Below, one piece after another: positions 27,699 through 37,082 of a stretch of DNA of 64,000 nucleotides. Every line of letters starts with the position of its first letter. Within the stretch, counting starts at the first letter, position 1. Origin of the DNA: Nitrospirota bacterium (GTDB lineage Bacteria; Nitrospirota; UBA9217); assembly GCA_963737155.1 (NCBI GenBank), contig CAVTRN010000002.1, positions 1,312,001-1,376,000 on the forward strand, read 5' to 3'. Position numbers and translations under genes: made by a program. The notes beneath the pieces are model-generated. The model saw only the letters and a program-made list of their open reading frames with translations, searched no databases and had not been told where the DNA came from.

Positions 27699-29580
27699 GA
27701 GAATAGAGAATGTCAGCGAGTTGGCTGCCCTTCGTGCAAAGCTGCAGCAGGAGCGAAAGGATGCCGATGTTCACCGCGTGCGTGTCTGCTGCGGGACGGC
27801 ATGCCATGCTTCGGGATCGAACAAGCTGATCAAAAAGTTCGAGGAAGAGGCCGCCCAGAAGCAGGTTAGTCTGGAGATCGTCAAGACCGGATGCCAGGGG
27901 TTCTGCCAGCGAGGTCCGGTTGTGATTCAGGAACCTCAAGAGACCTTTTATCAGAAGGTTAAAATTGGCGATATCCCCGGCCTGTTCTCCGATTCGGTGC
28001 TTCACAATGTGCCCTATCGGAAGCAGCTGTACAGGGAATTCCCGCTTGACGAGCCGAATGTCGCGATGCAAGACATCCCGTTCTACAAAAAACAGAAGCG
28101 CCTAGCGCTTCATCGGAACGGGATAGTCGATCCGTGTAATATTTATGATGCTATACGCGAAGACGGCTATGCGGGCCTGGCCAAGGTTATCGCCGAGATG
28201 AACCCCGACGAAGTCATCGACATCGTCAAGAAGTCCGGTCTTCGCGGCCGCGGCGGCGCAGGCTTTCCCGCGGGACTCAAATGGGAACATACAAAAAAAT
28301 CGGACGCGAAAGTCAAAGCAGTCGTGTGTAATGGTGACGAGGGCGATCCGGGTGCGTTCATGGATCGCTCGCTCATGGAAGGCGATCCTCATTCAGTCAT
28401 TGAAGGGATGCTCATTAATGCCTACGCCATCGGCGCGCAGCATGGATATATTTATGTGCGCCATGAGTATCCTCTTGCCGTTAAGAACCTCGGCATTGCC
28501 ATAAAGCAGGCAGAGGCGCTTGGGTTGCTAGGAAGGAACATCCTCGGGAGCAACCTCGAATTCACTATGGAAATCAAGGAAGGCGCCGGTGCTTTCGTAT
28601 GTGGCGAGTCGACGGCGCTGGTGGCGTCGATCGAGGGGGAACGCGGCATGCCGCGTCCACGACCGCCGCGGCTCTCAGTAGCGGCCGGCGGTCTCTGGGG
28701 CATGCCCACGAACCTAAACAATGTCGAGACCTTTGCCAACGTGCCCACCATCATCACTAAGGGGCTGGATTACTATACGTCGATCGGGACCGAGAAATCG
28801 AAGGGCACGAAGGTGTTCGCCCTGACCGGCAAGATCAAAAATACTGGTCTCATCGAAGTACCGATGGGCATCACGCTCAGAGAAATTATTTTTGACATCG
28901 GCGGTGGCATGCTGAACCCGGACAAACAGTTCAAGGCCGTCCAGACCGGAGGTCCTTCCGGAGGATGCATTCCCGCTCAGTTCCTTGATATGCCCGCAGA
29001 CTTCGATACCCTCGCCAATGTGGGCTCGATCATGGGTTCCGGTGGCATGGTGGTCCTCGATGAAGATGACTGTATGGTGGATGTGGCGAAATATTTCCTG
29101 TCCTTTACCAAGAGTGAGTCATGCGGCAAGTGCCCGCCCTGCCGTGTCGGCACTTGGCAGATGTACGAGATTCTGGATAAAATTACCAAAGGGCAGGGAG
29201 AGTCGGGGGATATCGATCGGCTCGAACAGATGGGCAAGCTGGTTGTCGCCGGTTCGCTCTGCGGACTCGGCAACAGCGCCCCCAACCCCGTTCTTTCGAC
29301 AATCAAATATTTCCGCGAGGAATATGAAGAGCACGTGATTGACAAATACTGTCGCGCGAAGCGCTGCCAGGGTCTAGGGACGTTTCGCATCCGGCCTGAA
29401 CATTGCATCCTTTGCGGTCTGTGCAAACAAGCATGCGCATTCGATTCCGTGATTGAACTCAAGGACAAATTCTATATCGACCAGGATTACTGCACCAAGT
29501 GTAAGGCCTGCTACAGTGTCTGCCCCACGCAGGCAATTGTGATCGAAAAGGGAGGGGCCTATGTCTCAACAGGAAAATAA
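27682..29580 (+). CDS. NuoF/HydB-like FMN- and NAD-binding subunit with N-terminal 2Fe-2S and C-terminal 2x[4Fe-4S] domains
   Basis: CCGTAC..GCQGFC, GLRGRGGAGFP, CNGDEGDPGAFMDR, GAFVCGE, GGPSGG, ESCGKCPPCR, two CxxCxxCxxxC motifs. Confidence 0.93.
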   Translation: MDLTFKRIENVSELAALRAKLQQERKDADVHRVRVCCGTACHASGSNKLIKKFEEEAAQKQVSLEIVKTGCQGFCQRGPVVIQEPQETFYQKVKIGDIPGLFSDSVLHNVPYRKQLYREFPLDEPNVAMQDIPFYKKQKRLALHRNGIVDPCNIYDAIREDGYAGLAKVIAEMNPDEVIDIVKKSGLRGRGGAGFPAGLKWEHTKKSDAKVKAVVCNGDEGDPGAFMDRSLMEGDPHSVIEGMLINAYAIGAQHGYIYVRHEYPLAVKNLGIAIKQAEALGLLGRNILGSNLEFTMEIKEGAGAFVCGESTALVASIEGERGMPRPRPPRLSVAAGGLWGMPTNLNNVETFANVPTIITKGLDYYTSIGTEKSKGTKVFALTGKIKNTGLIEVPMGITLREIIFDIGGGMLNPDKQFKAVQTGGPSGGCIPAQFLDMPADFDTLANVGSIMGSGGMVVLDEDDCMVDVAKYFLSFTKSESCGKCPPCRVGTWQMYEILDKITKGQGESGDIDRLEQMGKLVVAGSLCGLGNSAPNPVLSTIKYFREEYEEHVIDKYCRAKRCQGLGTFRIRPEHCILCGLCKQACAFDSVIELKDKFYIDQDYCTKCKACYSVCPTQAIVIEKGGAYVSTGK

Positions 29581-30166
29581 ATGCCCGTTGGCGGCCACGA
29601 AAAATAAACTCGAAAAATTCTACAATGACGACTCGAAGGACGGCATGTGTTCCAAATGCCATCCCTGCAAGCTCGGGATTTATGACGCTATCAAAATTTT
29701 TGAATTGATACAGGCGGGCAAAGGCGCCGAGAAACACATTGCCCAGCTTCAGCGGATTGCCGTGGATGTTAAGGACGGCGGCATGTGCAAGAAAGGCAAG
29801 GATCATGCGGATATTCTCGGCATCTTTCTAAAGGATCATTCTGAGGATCTTAATCGCCACATCAAGGGCGTGTGCTTAAGCTTGGAGTGCAAATATCTTG
29901 TCCGCTACGAGATCAATCCTGATACATGCACGATGTGCGACAAGTGCCGTGAGGTCTGTAAGGACTTCGCAATCGAAGGCATGAAAGCAGTGCAGTACAA
30001 GGGCGGGTATACGCCCTACCGCATCCGGCAGAAGCGTTGCACCCATTGCGGGGAATGCATTAAGGTCTGCCCTGAAGGGGCTGTTTTCGTATCCGAAGTC
30101 GCGCTCGCGGTTGAGAAAGAGCACGCTAGCCCGGAACGCCATGCAGTCGGGACATGCCCGATATAA
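29561..30166 (+). CDS. Fe-S protein resembling the C-terminal third of NuoF/HydB (NADH_4Fe-4S domain plus dicluster ferredoxin)
   Basis: CSKCHPCKLG...GMCKKG, HIKGVCLSLEC, CTMCDKCREVC, CTHCGECIKVCP. Confidence 0.85.
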   Translation: MSQQENKCPLAATKNKLEKFYNDDSKDGMCSKCHPCKLGIYDAIKIFELIQAGKGAEKHIAQLQRIAVDVKDGGMCKKGKDHADILGIFLKDHSEDLNRHIKGVCLSLECKYLVRYEINPDTCTMCDKCREVCKDFAIEGMKAVQYKGGYTPYRIRQKRCTHCGECIKVCPEGAVFVSEVALAVEKEHASPERHAVGTCPI

Positions 30167-30262
30167 TAAATCACCCACACAAAAACCGCAGAGGCGGGTA
30201 CTAACAGACTGTGCATCTTTATGTTGTCGACATCCAAAGTTACGGATAATCCGGAGGATAAT

Positions 30263-32422
30263 ATGAACAAGATGGTGAATATGGAATTTGACGGCAAGGC
30301 GGTATCGGTCCCCGAGGGAATGACCCTCGTCGATGCCGCGGCGACTGTCGGGATACACATCCCGAACCTGTGCCACATTAAGGAACTGCGCGGCGTAGGT
30401 GCCTGCCGCATGTGCATGGTCGAAATTGAGGGCATGAAAACGCCGGTTACCGGCTGCACGACGCGCACGAAGGAGGGCATGAAGGTCCAGACCAAGACCG
30501 CCAAGGTCGAGGAAATAAGGAAATTCGTGACCGACCTGGTCCTGTCTTTCCATCCGCTCGATTGCATGACCTGCCCCAAGGCGGGAAGTTGCGACCTCCA
30601 GCGGTATGCAGCAGACCTCGGCATCCGAGAATCATCCTTCGGGAGAAAGAGCTTCAATTACGAGCTGAATGACCGCAGTCCCTTCATCACCATCGACAAT
30701 AACTACTGTATTCTTTGCGGCCGTTGTGTGCGTGTCTGCAAGGAACAGGGAACGAATGTGCTCGATTTCATGGGCCGCGGTATCATGACTAAGGTTTCCA
30801 CGGCAATGGACAAGCCCCTTCATGAGTCAGGATGCACGTTCTGCGGGTCCTGCGTGGATGCCTGCCCTGTAAACACGATCATGGAACGTGACCGCTGGCA
30901 GCACGGCAGGGAATGGGACCTCGAAAAGCACGACACGGTGTGCACGGCCTGTGCTTCCGGCTGCAGCGTCACTACGAGCAGCAAAGATGGCAAAATCATA
31001 AAAGTAAACGCAAAGGAAGACAACGGGTACATCTGTGCCATCGGCCGGTTCGGATTCGACTCTCTTCACTCCTCAAACCGCATCACTACGCCGATGAAAA
31101 AGCAGGGCAATAAACTCGTTCCCACCACTTGGGAAGATGCTTTGGAAATAGCGGCAACAGGCCTCAAAAAAGCAGGCGTCAACGCAGGGTTCATTGCCTC
31201 CGGCTCGATTACCACTGAAGAGGCCTATGCCGTTCAATCGCTCGCCCGCGACGTATTGGGCAGCGGCAATATTGACACATCGTCGTCCTCTTATGCATCG
31301 GGCCTCATTTCCGCGCTCCGTATCATGCATGGCAACAGCGGGGTGAGCATTGCGTCTCGTGCTGACCTCCATGGCGCCGATTGCGTGGTCGTGATCGGTT
31401 CTGATCCTTCGCAAAAAAAACAGTCACTCCAGGAAATGGACGTTATGATCCGGAGACGGGCCCAGGCAGGTGCAAAAATAGTTGTAATCAGCACGGTCAA
31501 GACAGACCTTGCCAGCCACCAGAACGCCATCCATATCCAATTGAAACCGGGCACGGATCGTATCTTGCTCGCGGGGCTAATGTCGGCGGCCCTTGCCGAA
31601 GGTGCGGCTCCGTCGGCAAAAGGGCTAGATGCGCTCAAGAAGTCCTTGGTTAGCGTCGATGAAGCGGCAGCCGGATCAGGCGTTTCAACAGACCAGATTG
31701 TTGCCGCCGCCAAGGTTTTTGCTGCAGCTAAACAGCCCGTCGTTGTGATCGGGACAGGGATCTCCGCTGCTGAAGAAGCTTCGCTGCAGGCCCTCAATCT
31801 GGCATTGATCAAAAACGCTGGTGTGCTGCCGCTGATGCCCGAAGTGAATGTTCTGGGTGTCCTTCAGGCGGGATGCCGGTCTGACATGAAACCGGGCTTT
31901 GCCAAAGTTCAAATATCCGGTACTGGATATCAGGACATGAAGTCAGGCATGAAGGCGCTGTTGATAGTGGGCGCGCTTCCTGACGCTGACTTCAATTCGG
32001 ACTTCCTCGTCATTATGGCGAGCCACCTGTCCGGCCTCGTGGAAAAAGCCGACGTCGTGCTACCTCTTTCCGCTCTTTATGAACGGCATGGGAGCGTTGT
32101 CAATACCTACGGAAAAGTAAAAATACTTTCTCAGGCTCAGAACGTCGCCGGTGAAGCAAAAGACGGAGCGGAAATCGCTGCCGAGCTTTCTCAGGCTATC
32201 AGTAAAACCAAGGGATTCATGCTCAGGGACGTCGCCGTGGCCGTGAAAAAATTGAAATCCGGGAAAATGGGTGTTCCCTCGTTCACACCCGTTGAAGCAC
32301 AAGCTGTGAAGTCCACTGCCGGTTCCAGCTCGGCGATTCTGGCGTCGCTTCGAGAGGGGATGCTTTCAGACTCGGCTGTTGCTGCAATTCTTGCGGTGAA
32401 ACAGCCGATGCTCCAAAAATAG
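30263..32422 (+). CDS. NuoG/FdhA-like multi-Fe-S subunit with a degenerate molybdopterin-oxidoreductase fold
   Basis: IPNLC..GACRMC, HPLDCMTC, CILCGRCVRVC, CTFCGSCVDACP, CTACASGC..CAIG; no Cys or Sec at the expected Mo-ligand position; GGAGG RBS before ATG 30263. Confidence 0.88.
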   Translation: MNKMVNMEFDGKAVSVPEGMTLVDAAATVGIHIPNLCHIKELRGVGACRMCMVEIEGMKTPVTGCTTRTKEGMKVQTKTAKVEEIRKFVTDLVLSFHPLDCMTCPKAGSCDLQRYAADLGIRESSFGRKSFNYELNDRSPFITIDNNYCILCGRCVRVCKEQGTNVLDFMGRGIMTKVSTAMDKPLHESGCTFCGSCVDACPVNTIMERDRWQHGREWDLEKHDTVCTACASGCSVTTSSKDGKIIKVNAKEDNGYICAIGRFGFDSLHSSNRITTPMKKQGNKLVPTTWEDALEIAATGLKKAGVNAGFIASGSITTEEAYAVQSLARDVLGSGNIDTSSSSYASGLISALRIMHGNSGVSIASRADLHGADCVVVIGSDPSQKKQSLQEMDVMIRRRAQAGAKIVVISTVKTDLASHQNAIHIQLKPGTDRILLAGLMSAALAEGAAPSAKGLDALKKSLVSVDEAAAGSGVSTDQIVAAAKVFAAAKQPVVVIGTGISAAEEASLQALNLALIKNAGVLPLMPEVNVLGVLQAGCRSDMKPGFAKVQISGTGYQDMKSGMKALLIVGALPDADFNSDFLVIMASHLSGLVEKADVVLPLSALYERHGSVVNTYGKVKILSQAQNVAGEAKDGAEIAAELSQAISKTKGFMLRDVAVAVKKLKSGKMGVPSFTPVEAQAVKSTAGSSSAILASLREGMLSDSAVAAILAVKQPMLQK

Positions 32423-32571
32423 AGTGCGGGAATGAAGCAGAAAAAAGTGCGTTTGCACGGAGTGCGAGTTTAATTAACGTCTTATGTTTTTCCGCTGCCC
32501 TTTTGTATAATGCTCCAGTTCTGTTAGCCAGGGGATAGACTATCTCCTTGAGGAAAGGAATTTTTAAAATT

Positions 32572-34554
32572 ATGAGAGAAGATTTGAAATCCGTTGACCC
32601 GGCTGCGCAATCGATGTTGAAGGTAGCAGCCCAGAAAAAAATGGAGACGTCGTTCGACCGCGCCGACAAGCTTAAACCCTGTCCTATCGGGCATCAGGGT
32701 GCCTGCTGCAAGATGTGCCACATGGGCCCCTGCCGACTTGTGGGCAAAGAAGAGGAGGCAATGGGCGTGTGCGGCGCCGCCCTTCCGGTCGTGACAGCGC
32801 GGAACTTTGCCCGCATGGTTGCAGCGGGCACGGCTGCCCATTCGGATCATGCGCGAGATCTTGCGAATACGCTTCTGGCAGTGGCCCGCGGAGAGGCCAA
32901 AGATTTTCAGATCAAAGACGTGCGCAAGCTCAACCGCATAGCCGGATATCTCGGCATCAATGTTGAAGGGAAGGCAGTGAACGAGGTGGCGGAGAAAGTC
33001 GCCCTCAAATTTCTCGAACAATTCGGCCAGCAGCGTGGAACGCTCGCATATCTCGGTCGGGCGCCCAAAAAACGACAGGAAATATGGAACAAACTAGGCA
33101 TAGCGCCGCGTGCTATTGACCGTGAAGTGGTCGAGATGATGCACCGGACTACCATGGGCGTCGACCAGGAAATGAACAATATTATGCTTGGCGCCCTACG
33201 CACAGCGCTTGCCGACGGATGGGGCGGTTCGATGATGGGCACCGATATTTCTGATATTCTGTTCGGCACCCCAAAACCGGTGAGATCGAACGCCAGTCTC
33301 TCCGTGTTCTCGGAAGACCATGTGAACCTTGTCGTCCACGGACATGAGCCGTCCTTTGCCGAGATGCTCGTGATAGCTTCCGAGGACCCAGAACTCGATA
33401 CTTATGCAAAATCCAAGGGCGCCAAAGGCGTGAAGCTCGTCGGCATGTGCTGCACTGCCAATGAAATCCTCATTCGGCACGGCATCGCTACGGCTGGAGG
33501 TTTTCTGCAGCAGGAATTAGGATTACTTACGGGCATGGTTGAGGCCATGGTCGTCGATGTGCAGTGTATCATGCCCGCCATTGGCGAGTTGTCAAAGAAA
33601 TTCCATACTAAGATCATCACCACGACTTCCAAGGGAAAGATGAAGGACGCAATCCATATTGAGTACGATGAGCATCATGCGCTTGACCTCGCAAAGAGTG
33701 TTGTTCGTCTCGCAATTGACAACTTCCCAAACCGGAAAAAAGAGTTGGTTTCTCCGGCAAACGTTAAACCCGTAGACATGATTGCCGGTTTCTCCCATGA
33801 GTATATTGAATACATGCAAGGAGGTCGGTACCGCGGCTCTTTCCGTCCGCTGAATGACGCCATTATCGCAGGACGCATCCGCGGCGTCGTGGGTCTTGCC
33901 GGCTGCAATAACCCCAGAATCAGTCAGGATAGCTTGCACAATTTCCTGTCTCGAGAGCTGATTAAAAACGATGTCTTGGTCGTTCAGACCGGATGTTCCG
34001 CCATGGCATCGGCCAAGGCGGGGTATATGACTCCTGAAATGGCGCTTGAAAACGCCGGAAAGGGGCTTCGCGAAGTGTGCGAGGCTATTGGCATCCCGCC
34101 GATTCTCCACATGGGCTCCTGCGTGGACAACTCTCGCATCCTGACCGTTGCAACCGCTATTGCGGAGGAAGGCGGTCTCGGCGACGACATCGGCGGTCTC
34201 CCCGCAGTGGGTATCGCTCCTGAATGGATGAGCGAAAAGGCTATCGCAATCGGCACCTATTTAGTGGCCTCCGGTGTACCGATCATTTTCGGGGCGGGAT
34301 CTCCAGTTAGCGCAAGTAAGTCTCTCAAGGATCTTATGGAGAACAAGTGGTGGGATATGTTAAACGCGGGGTTCTATTTTGAGGAAGACCCGGGGAAAAT
34401 CCTCGAACTCACACTGAAGCTCCTCGATGCGGCGCGGGAAAAGCTTAAAATACGCAAGTACGAGCCGGGCAGATTCGGAACCGAACGCGTGCTGATGGAT
34501 ATGGCCGCACGCCGATCCGGCACTTTCGCAACACCTCACGGGAACGATGTGTAG
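32572..34554 (+). CDS. cooS: Anaerobic Ni-containing carbon monoxide dehydrogenase, catalytic subunit
   Basis: CPIG..CCKMCHMGPC, AAHSDH, HGHEP, GMCCTANE, DVQC, GCNN, TGC, GSCVDN, WMSEKA. Confidence 0.96.
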   Translation: MREDLKSVDPAAQSMLKVAAQKKMETSFDRADKLKPCPIGHQGACCKMCHMGPCRLVGKEEEAMGVCGAALPVVTARNFARMVAAGTAAHSDHARDLANTLLAVARGEAKDFQIKDVRKLNRIAGYLGINVEGKAVNEVAEKVALKFLEQFGQQRGTLAYLGRAPKKRQEIWNKLGIAPRAIDREVVEMMHRTTMGVDQEMNNIMLGALRTALADGWGGSMMGTDISDILFGTPKPVRSNASLSVFSEDHVNLVVHGHEPSFAEMLVIASEDPELDTYAKSKGAKGVKLVGMCCTANEILIRHGIATAGGFLQQELGLLTGMVEAMVVDVQCIMPAIGELSKKFHTKIITTTSKGKMKDAIHIEYDEHHALDLAKSVVRLAIDNFPNRKKELVSPANVKPVDMIAGFSHEYIEYMQGGRYRGSFRPLNDAIIAGRIRGVVGLAGCNNPRISQDSLHNFLSRELIKNDVLVVQTGCSAMASAKAGYMTPEMALENAGKGLREVCEAIGIPPILHMGSCVDNSRILTVATAIAEEGGLGDDIGGLPAVGIAPEWMSEKAIAIGTYLVASGVPIIFGAGSPVSASKSLKDLMENKWWDMLNAGFYFEEDPGKILELTLKLLDAAREKLKIRKYEPGRFGTERVLMDMAARRSGTFATPHGNDV

Positions 34555-34578
34555 AGGATGATCTCTTAAACCATTCAT

Positions 34579-34610
34579 GGGGAGAGGCCTACTGGCTTCT
34601 CCCTTTTTTA
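34579..34610 (+). terminator. Rho-independent terminator after cooS
   Basis: GGGGAGAGGCC-TACT-GGCTTCTCCC followed by a T-run. Confidence 0.8.
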
Positions 34611-34638
34611 TTTGCGCCTAAAACGTTCCTCGTGTACT

Positions 34639-35286
34639 ATGAGAGCCAAAGAGTTGGAGGTCTTGGCAGTGTATGAGGGAGAACGGCTAAACAGTATTTC
34701 GCATTTGATCGGATCAGCTCTTGCGGTATCTGGCCTTATTGTGTTGATCGTGAATGCCGTACCTCAGCATGACATCTGGAAGACACTCAGTTCCATCATA
34801 TACGGCGTTACACTGGTGATGCTCTATTTATTTTCAACGCTTTACCACAGTGCTCGCGGGAAAGCAAAAGCTCTTTTCCAGACATTTGATCATGCCTCGA
34901 TATATCTACTCATAGCAGGGACATATACGCCCTTTACGCTTGTTTCCTTGCGAGGCCCATGGGGATGGTGTCTTTTTGGCATCGAATGGGGTTTCGCATG
35001 TATCGGAATACTTCAGGATATCCTTTTTAAAAAACGCCACCATAGGCTTTCCGTTTCGATTTATTTAATCATGGGCTGGCTTGTGGTTGTCGCTCTTGGA
35101 CCACTTGCGCGCGTTGTCCCGTCCGTCGGATTGCTATTATTGGTTTCCGGCGGATTGTTCTATACCGTCGGTGTCGTGTTCTATGCTTTGGACAGAAAGT
35201 TGTCCTGGGGCCATCAAATGTTTCATTTCCTTGTTCTGGCCGGCAGCATTTGCCACTACTTAACTATTCTTTTCTTCGTTATATAA
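34639..35286 (+). CDS. Hemolysin III / PAQR (TrhA-like) membrane protein
   Basis: ERLNSISH, STLYH, DHASIYLLIAGTYTPF, YLIMGW, GGLFYTVG, HQMFHFLVLAGSICHY; start uncertain. Confidence 0.93.
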   Translation: MRAKELEVLAVYEGERLNSISHLIGSALAVSGLIVLIVNAVPQHDIWKTLSSIIYGVTLVMLYLFSTLYHSARGKAKALFQTFDHASIYLLIAGTYTPFTLVSLRGPWGWCLFGIEWGFACIGILQDILFKKRHHRLSVSIYLIMGWLVVVALGPLARVVPSVGLLLLVSGGLFYTVGVVFYALDRKLSWGHQMFHFLVLAGSICHYLTILFFVI

Positions 35287-35719
35287 GCCCTCCATTTTAA
35301 ATTAAAGAATTTGATTAAAGTTCCGATAAGATATTGGGACCGTTATTCTTGCATCTACTGTTTATCTGTGGAAATAGAGCCGAGTACGCGGGCATGGTCC
35401 CGGGATCTGTACTGTTGCAAGTTTATCGGCTTGATAAGGCGCATCAAAAAGCAGTGCAATTTTGTTTTTTTATTGTAGCGTAGCCCGTAATTCGGTGGAT
35501 TCTAACTGGATTTATCGGAGGAGGAGCGTGGCTTTCAGTTTCAGGCGAAAGAAAGGATTAACGATACTTTATCTGATAATAACCCTAGAGGGGAATGCTC
35601 AGCTACAATATCCTGTGGTTCCCCACTCGTTCCGAAAGGACCATATTTAGTATATTTTCTCGTTTATGATACCATATATCGCGCACCTAGAATAATTAAT
35701 AAAAAAATTTTAAAAAAAC

Positions 35720-35747
35720 TTGACAATAGTCCTTTTTTCGGTATGAT
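35720..35747 (+). promoter_or_regulatory. Sigma70-type promoter of the HTH-pilMNOPQ operon
   Basis: TTGACA-16 bp-TATGAT preceded by an A-rich UP-like tract. Confidence 0.6.
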
Positions 35748-35799
35748 CATAACTATACTTATTATACATAATATGATTAAATAGACCGGAGAGGGTAGC

Positions 35800-36000
35800 A
35801 TGGTTACACACAAAAGTGCGAAGAAATACAAAACGAATGAAATTTGTGCTCGTTTCGATATCTCGCGTGCAACGCTTTTTCGCTGGGAGAGTGACGGTTT
35901 GCTGAGTGGAGTTGAACGCGATTGGCGGGGATGGAGAGTCTATAGCCAGGGGAATCTCCGTGAAATTGAAAAAATCATTAAAAGCAAGAATGCCAATTGA
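35800..36000 (+). CDS. Small stand-alone MerR-type HTH DNA-binding protein
   Basis: YKTNEICARFDISRATLFRWESDGLL..ERDWRGWRVYS; GGAGAGG RBS. Confidence 0.8.
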   Translation: MVTHKSAKKYKTNEICARFDISRATLFRWESDGLLSGVERDWRGWRVYSQGNLREIEKIIKSKNAN

Positions 36001-36029
36001 TGCAGCGTTCTCGCTGCTTAGGAGCAATA

Positions 36030-37082
36030 ATGTTTTTTTCAAAAAAAAATGAACCCGTTGCGCTGGACATAGGATCCACCTTTATCAAACTCGTCCAGTT
36101 GAAGGGGACAAATAAAAACTATCAGCTGGTTAAGTTCGGCATGGTTCCACTGCCGCCTGAAGTCATTGTTGAAGGTGCTGTTATGGACGCGGGGCGGGTT
36201 GTGGAGTCTATCAAGGAGCTTCTTGCAGCGCAAAAGGTATCGTCGAAAGACGCCGTGATCTCGGTTTCCGGCAGCTCGGTAATCATCAAACGCGTTTCCG
36301 TCGCAGACATGACTGATGAAGAGCTTGCCGAATCCATTAAGTGGGAGGCGGAACAATATATTCCCTTTTCCATTGATGATGTGAACGTGGATTTTCAGAA
36401 ACTCGGCGCCGGAGCCAATGAAGGGCAGGCCGATGTTCTCCTCGTAGCAGTAAAAAAAGATAAAATCAACGATTACCTAAATCTGGTAAAAGAGGCTGGC
36501 TTGGAGCCGGTCGTGATGGATGTAGACGCTTTTGCTCTTGCGAACATGTACGAACTCAACTATGATGTTGAGGCTGGGACGACTGCTCTCCTGAACATCG
36601 GCGCATCGGTGATGAACATAAATATCCTGAAAGACGGCATGTCCATCTTTACCCGTGATATTACTGTCGGTGGTAACCGTTACACTGAAGCTCTTCAGAG
36701 GGATTTTGGTTTAACCTATGAGGATGCAGAAAAAGTGAAGCGCGGCGAGGAGGTCGAGGGTGCAGACAAGGAACAGATAGCAGCTGTCATGCTGACCGTC
36801 ACTGACGACATCGTGTTCGAAACGCAGAGGTCGTTCGAATTCTTCATGTCCACAACGGGGAGCGGAAAGGTATCCCGTGTTATGGTATCCGGAGGTTGTG
36901 CGAGGATCGGGAATTTCATTTCGACTCTCTCCGAACGGCTTGAAATTCCCGTTGAAGTAATCAATCCCTTCAAAAATATTAGAATTGACCCCAAACGCTT
37001 TGACACCGCACTTATTGAAGAATCTGCTCCCCTCTGTGCAGTCGCCGTGGGGATTGCGATCAGGAGGCCAGGGGATCGATGA
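36030..37082 (+). CDS. pilM: Type IV pilus assembly protein PilM
   Basis: ALDIGS, WEAEQYIPF, VMDVDAFAL, LNIGAS, AVAVGIAIR; AGGAG RBS. Confidence 0.95.
   Translation: MFFSKKNEPVALDIGSTFIKLVQLKGTNKNYQLVKFGMVPLPPEVIVEGAVMDAGRVVESIKELLAAQKVSSKDAVISVSGSSVIIKRVSVADMTDEELAESIKWEAEQYIPFSIDDVNVDFQKLGAGANEGQADVLLVAVKKDKINDYLNLVKEAGLEPVVMDVDAFALANMYELNYDVEAGTTALLNIGASVMNINILKDGMSIFTRDITVGGNRYTEALQRDFGLTYEDAEKVKRGEEVEGADKEQIAAVMLTVTDDIVFETQRSFEFFMSTTGSGKVSRVMVSGGCARIGNFISTLSERLEIPVEVINPFKNIRIDPKRFDTALIEESAPLCAVAVGIAIRRPGDR

Noticed and set aside
27210-32422. Respiratory complex I (nuoEFG) or formate dehydrogenase operon
   Set aside because: No nuoA-D or nuoH-N genes adjacent, NuoF has extra HydB-type domains, and the large subunit lacks the Mo-ligand Cys/Sec.
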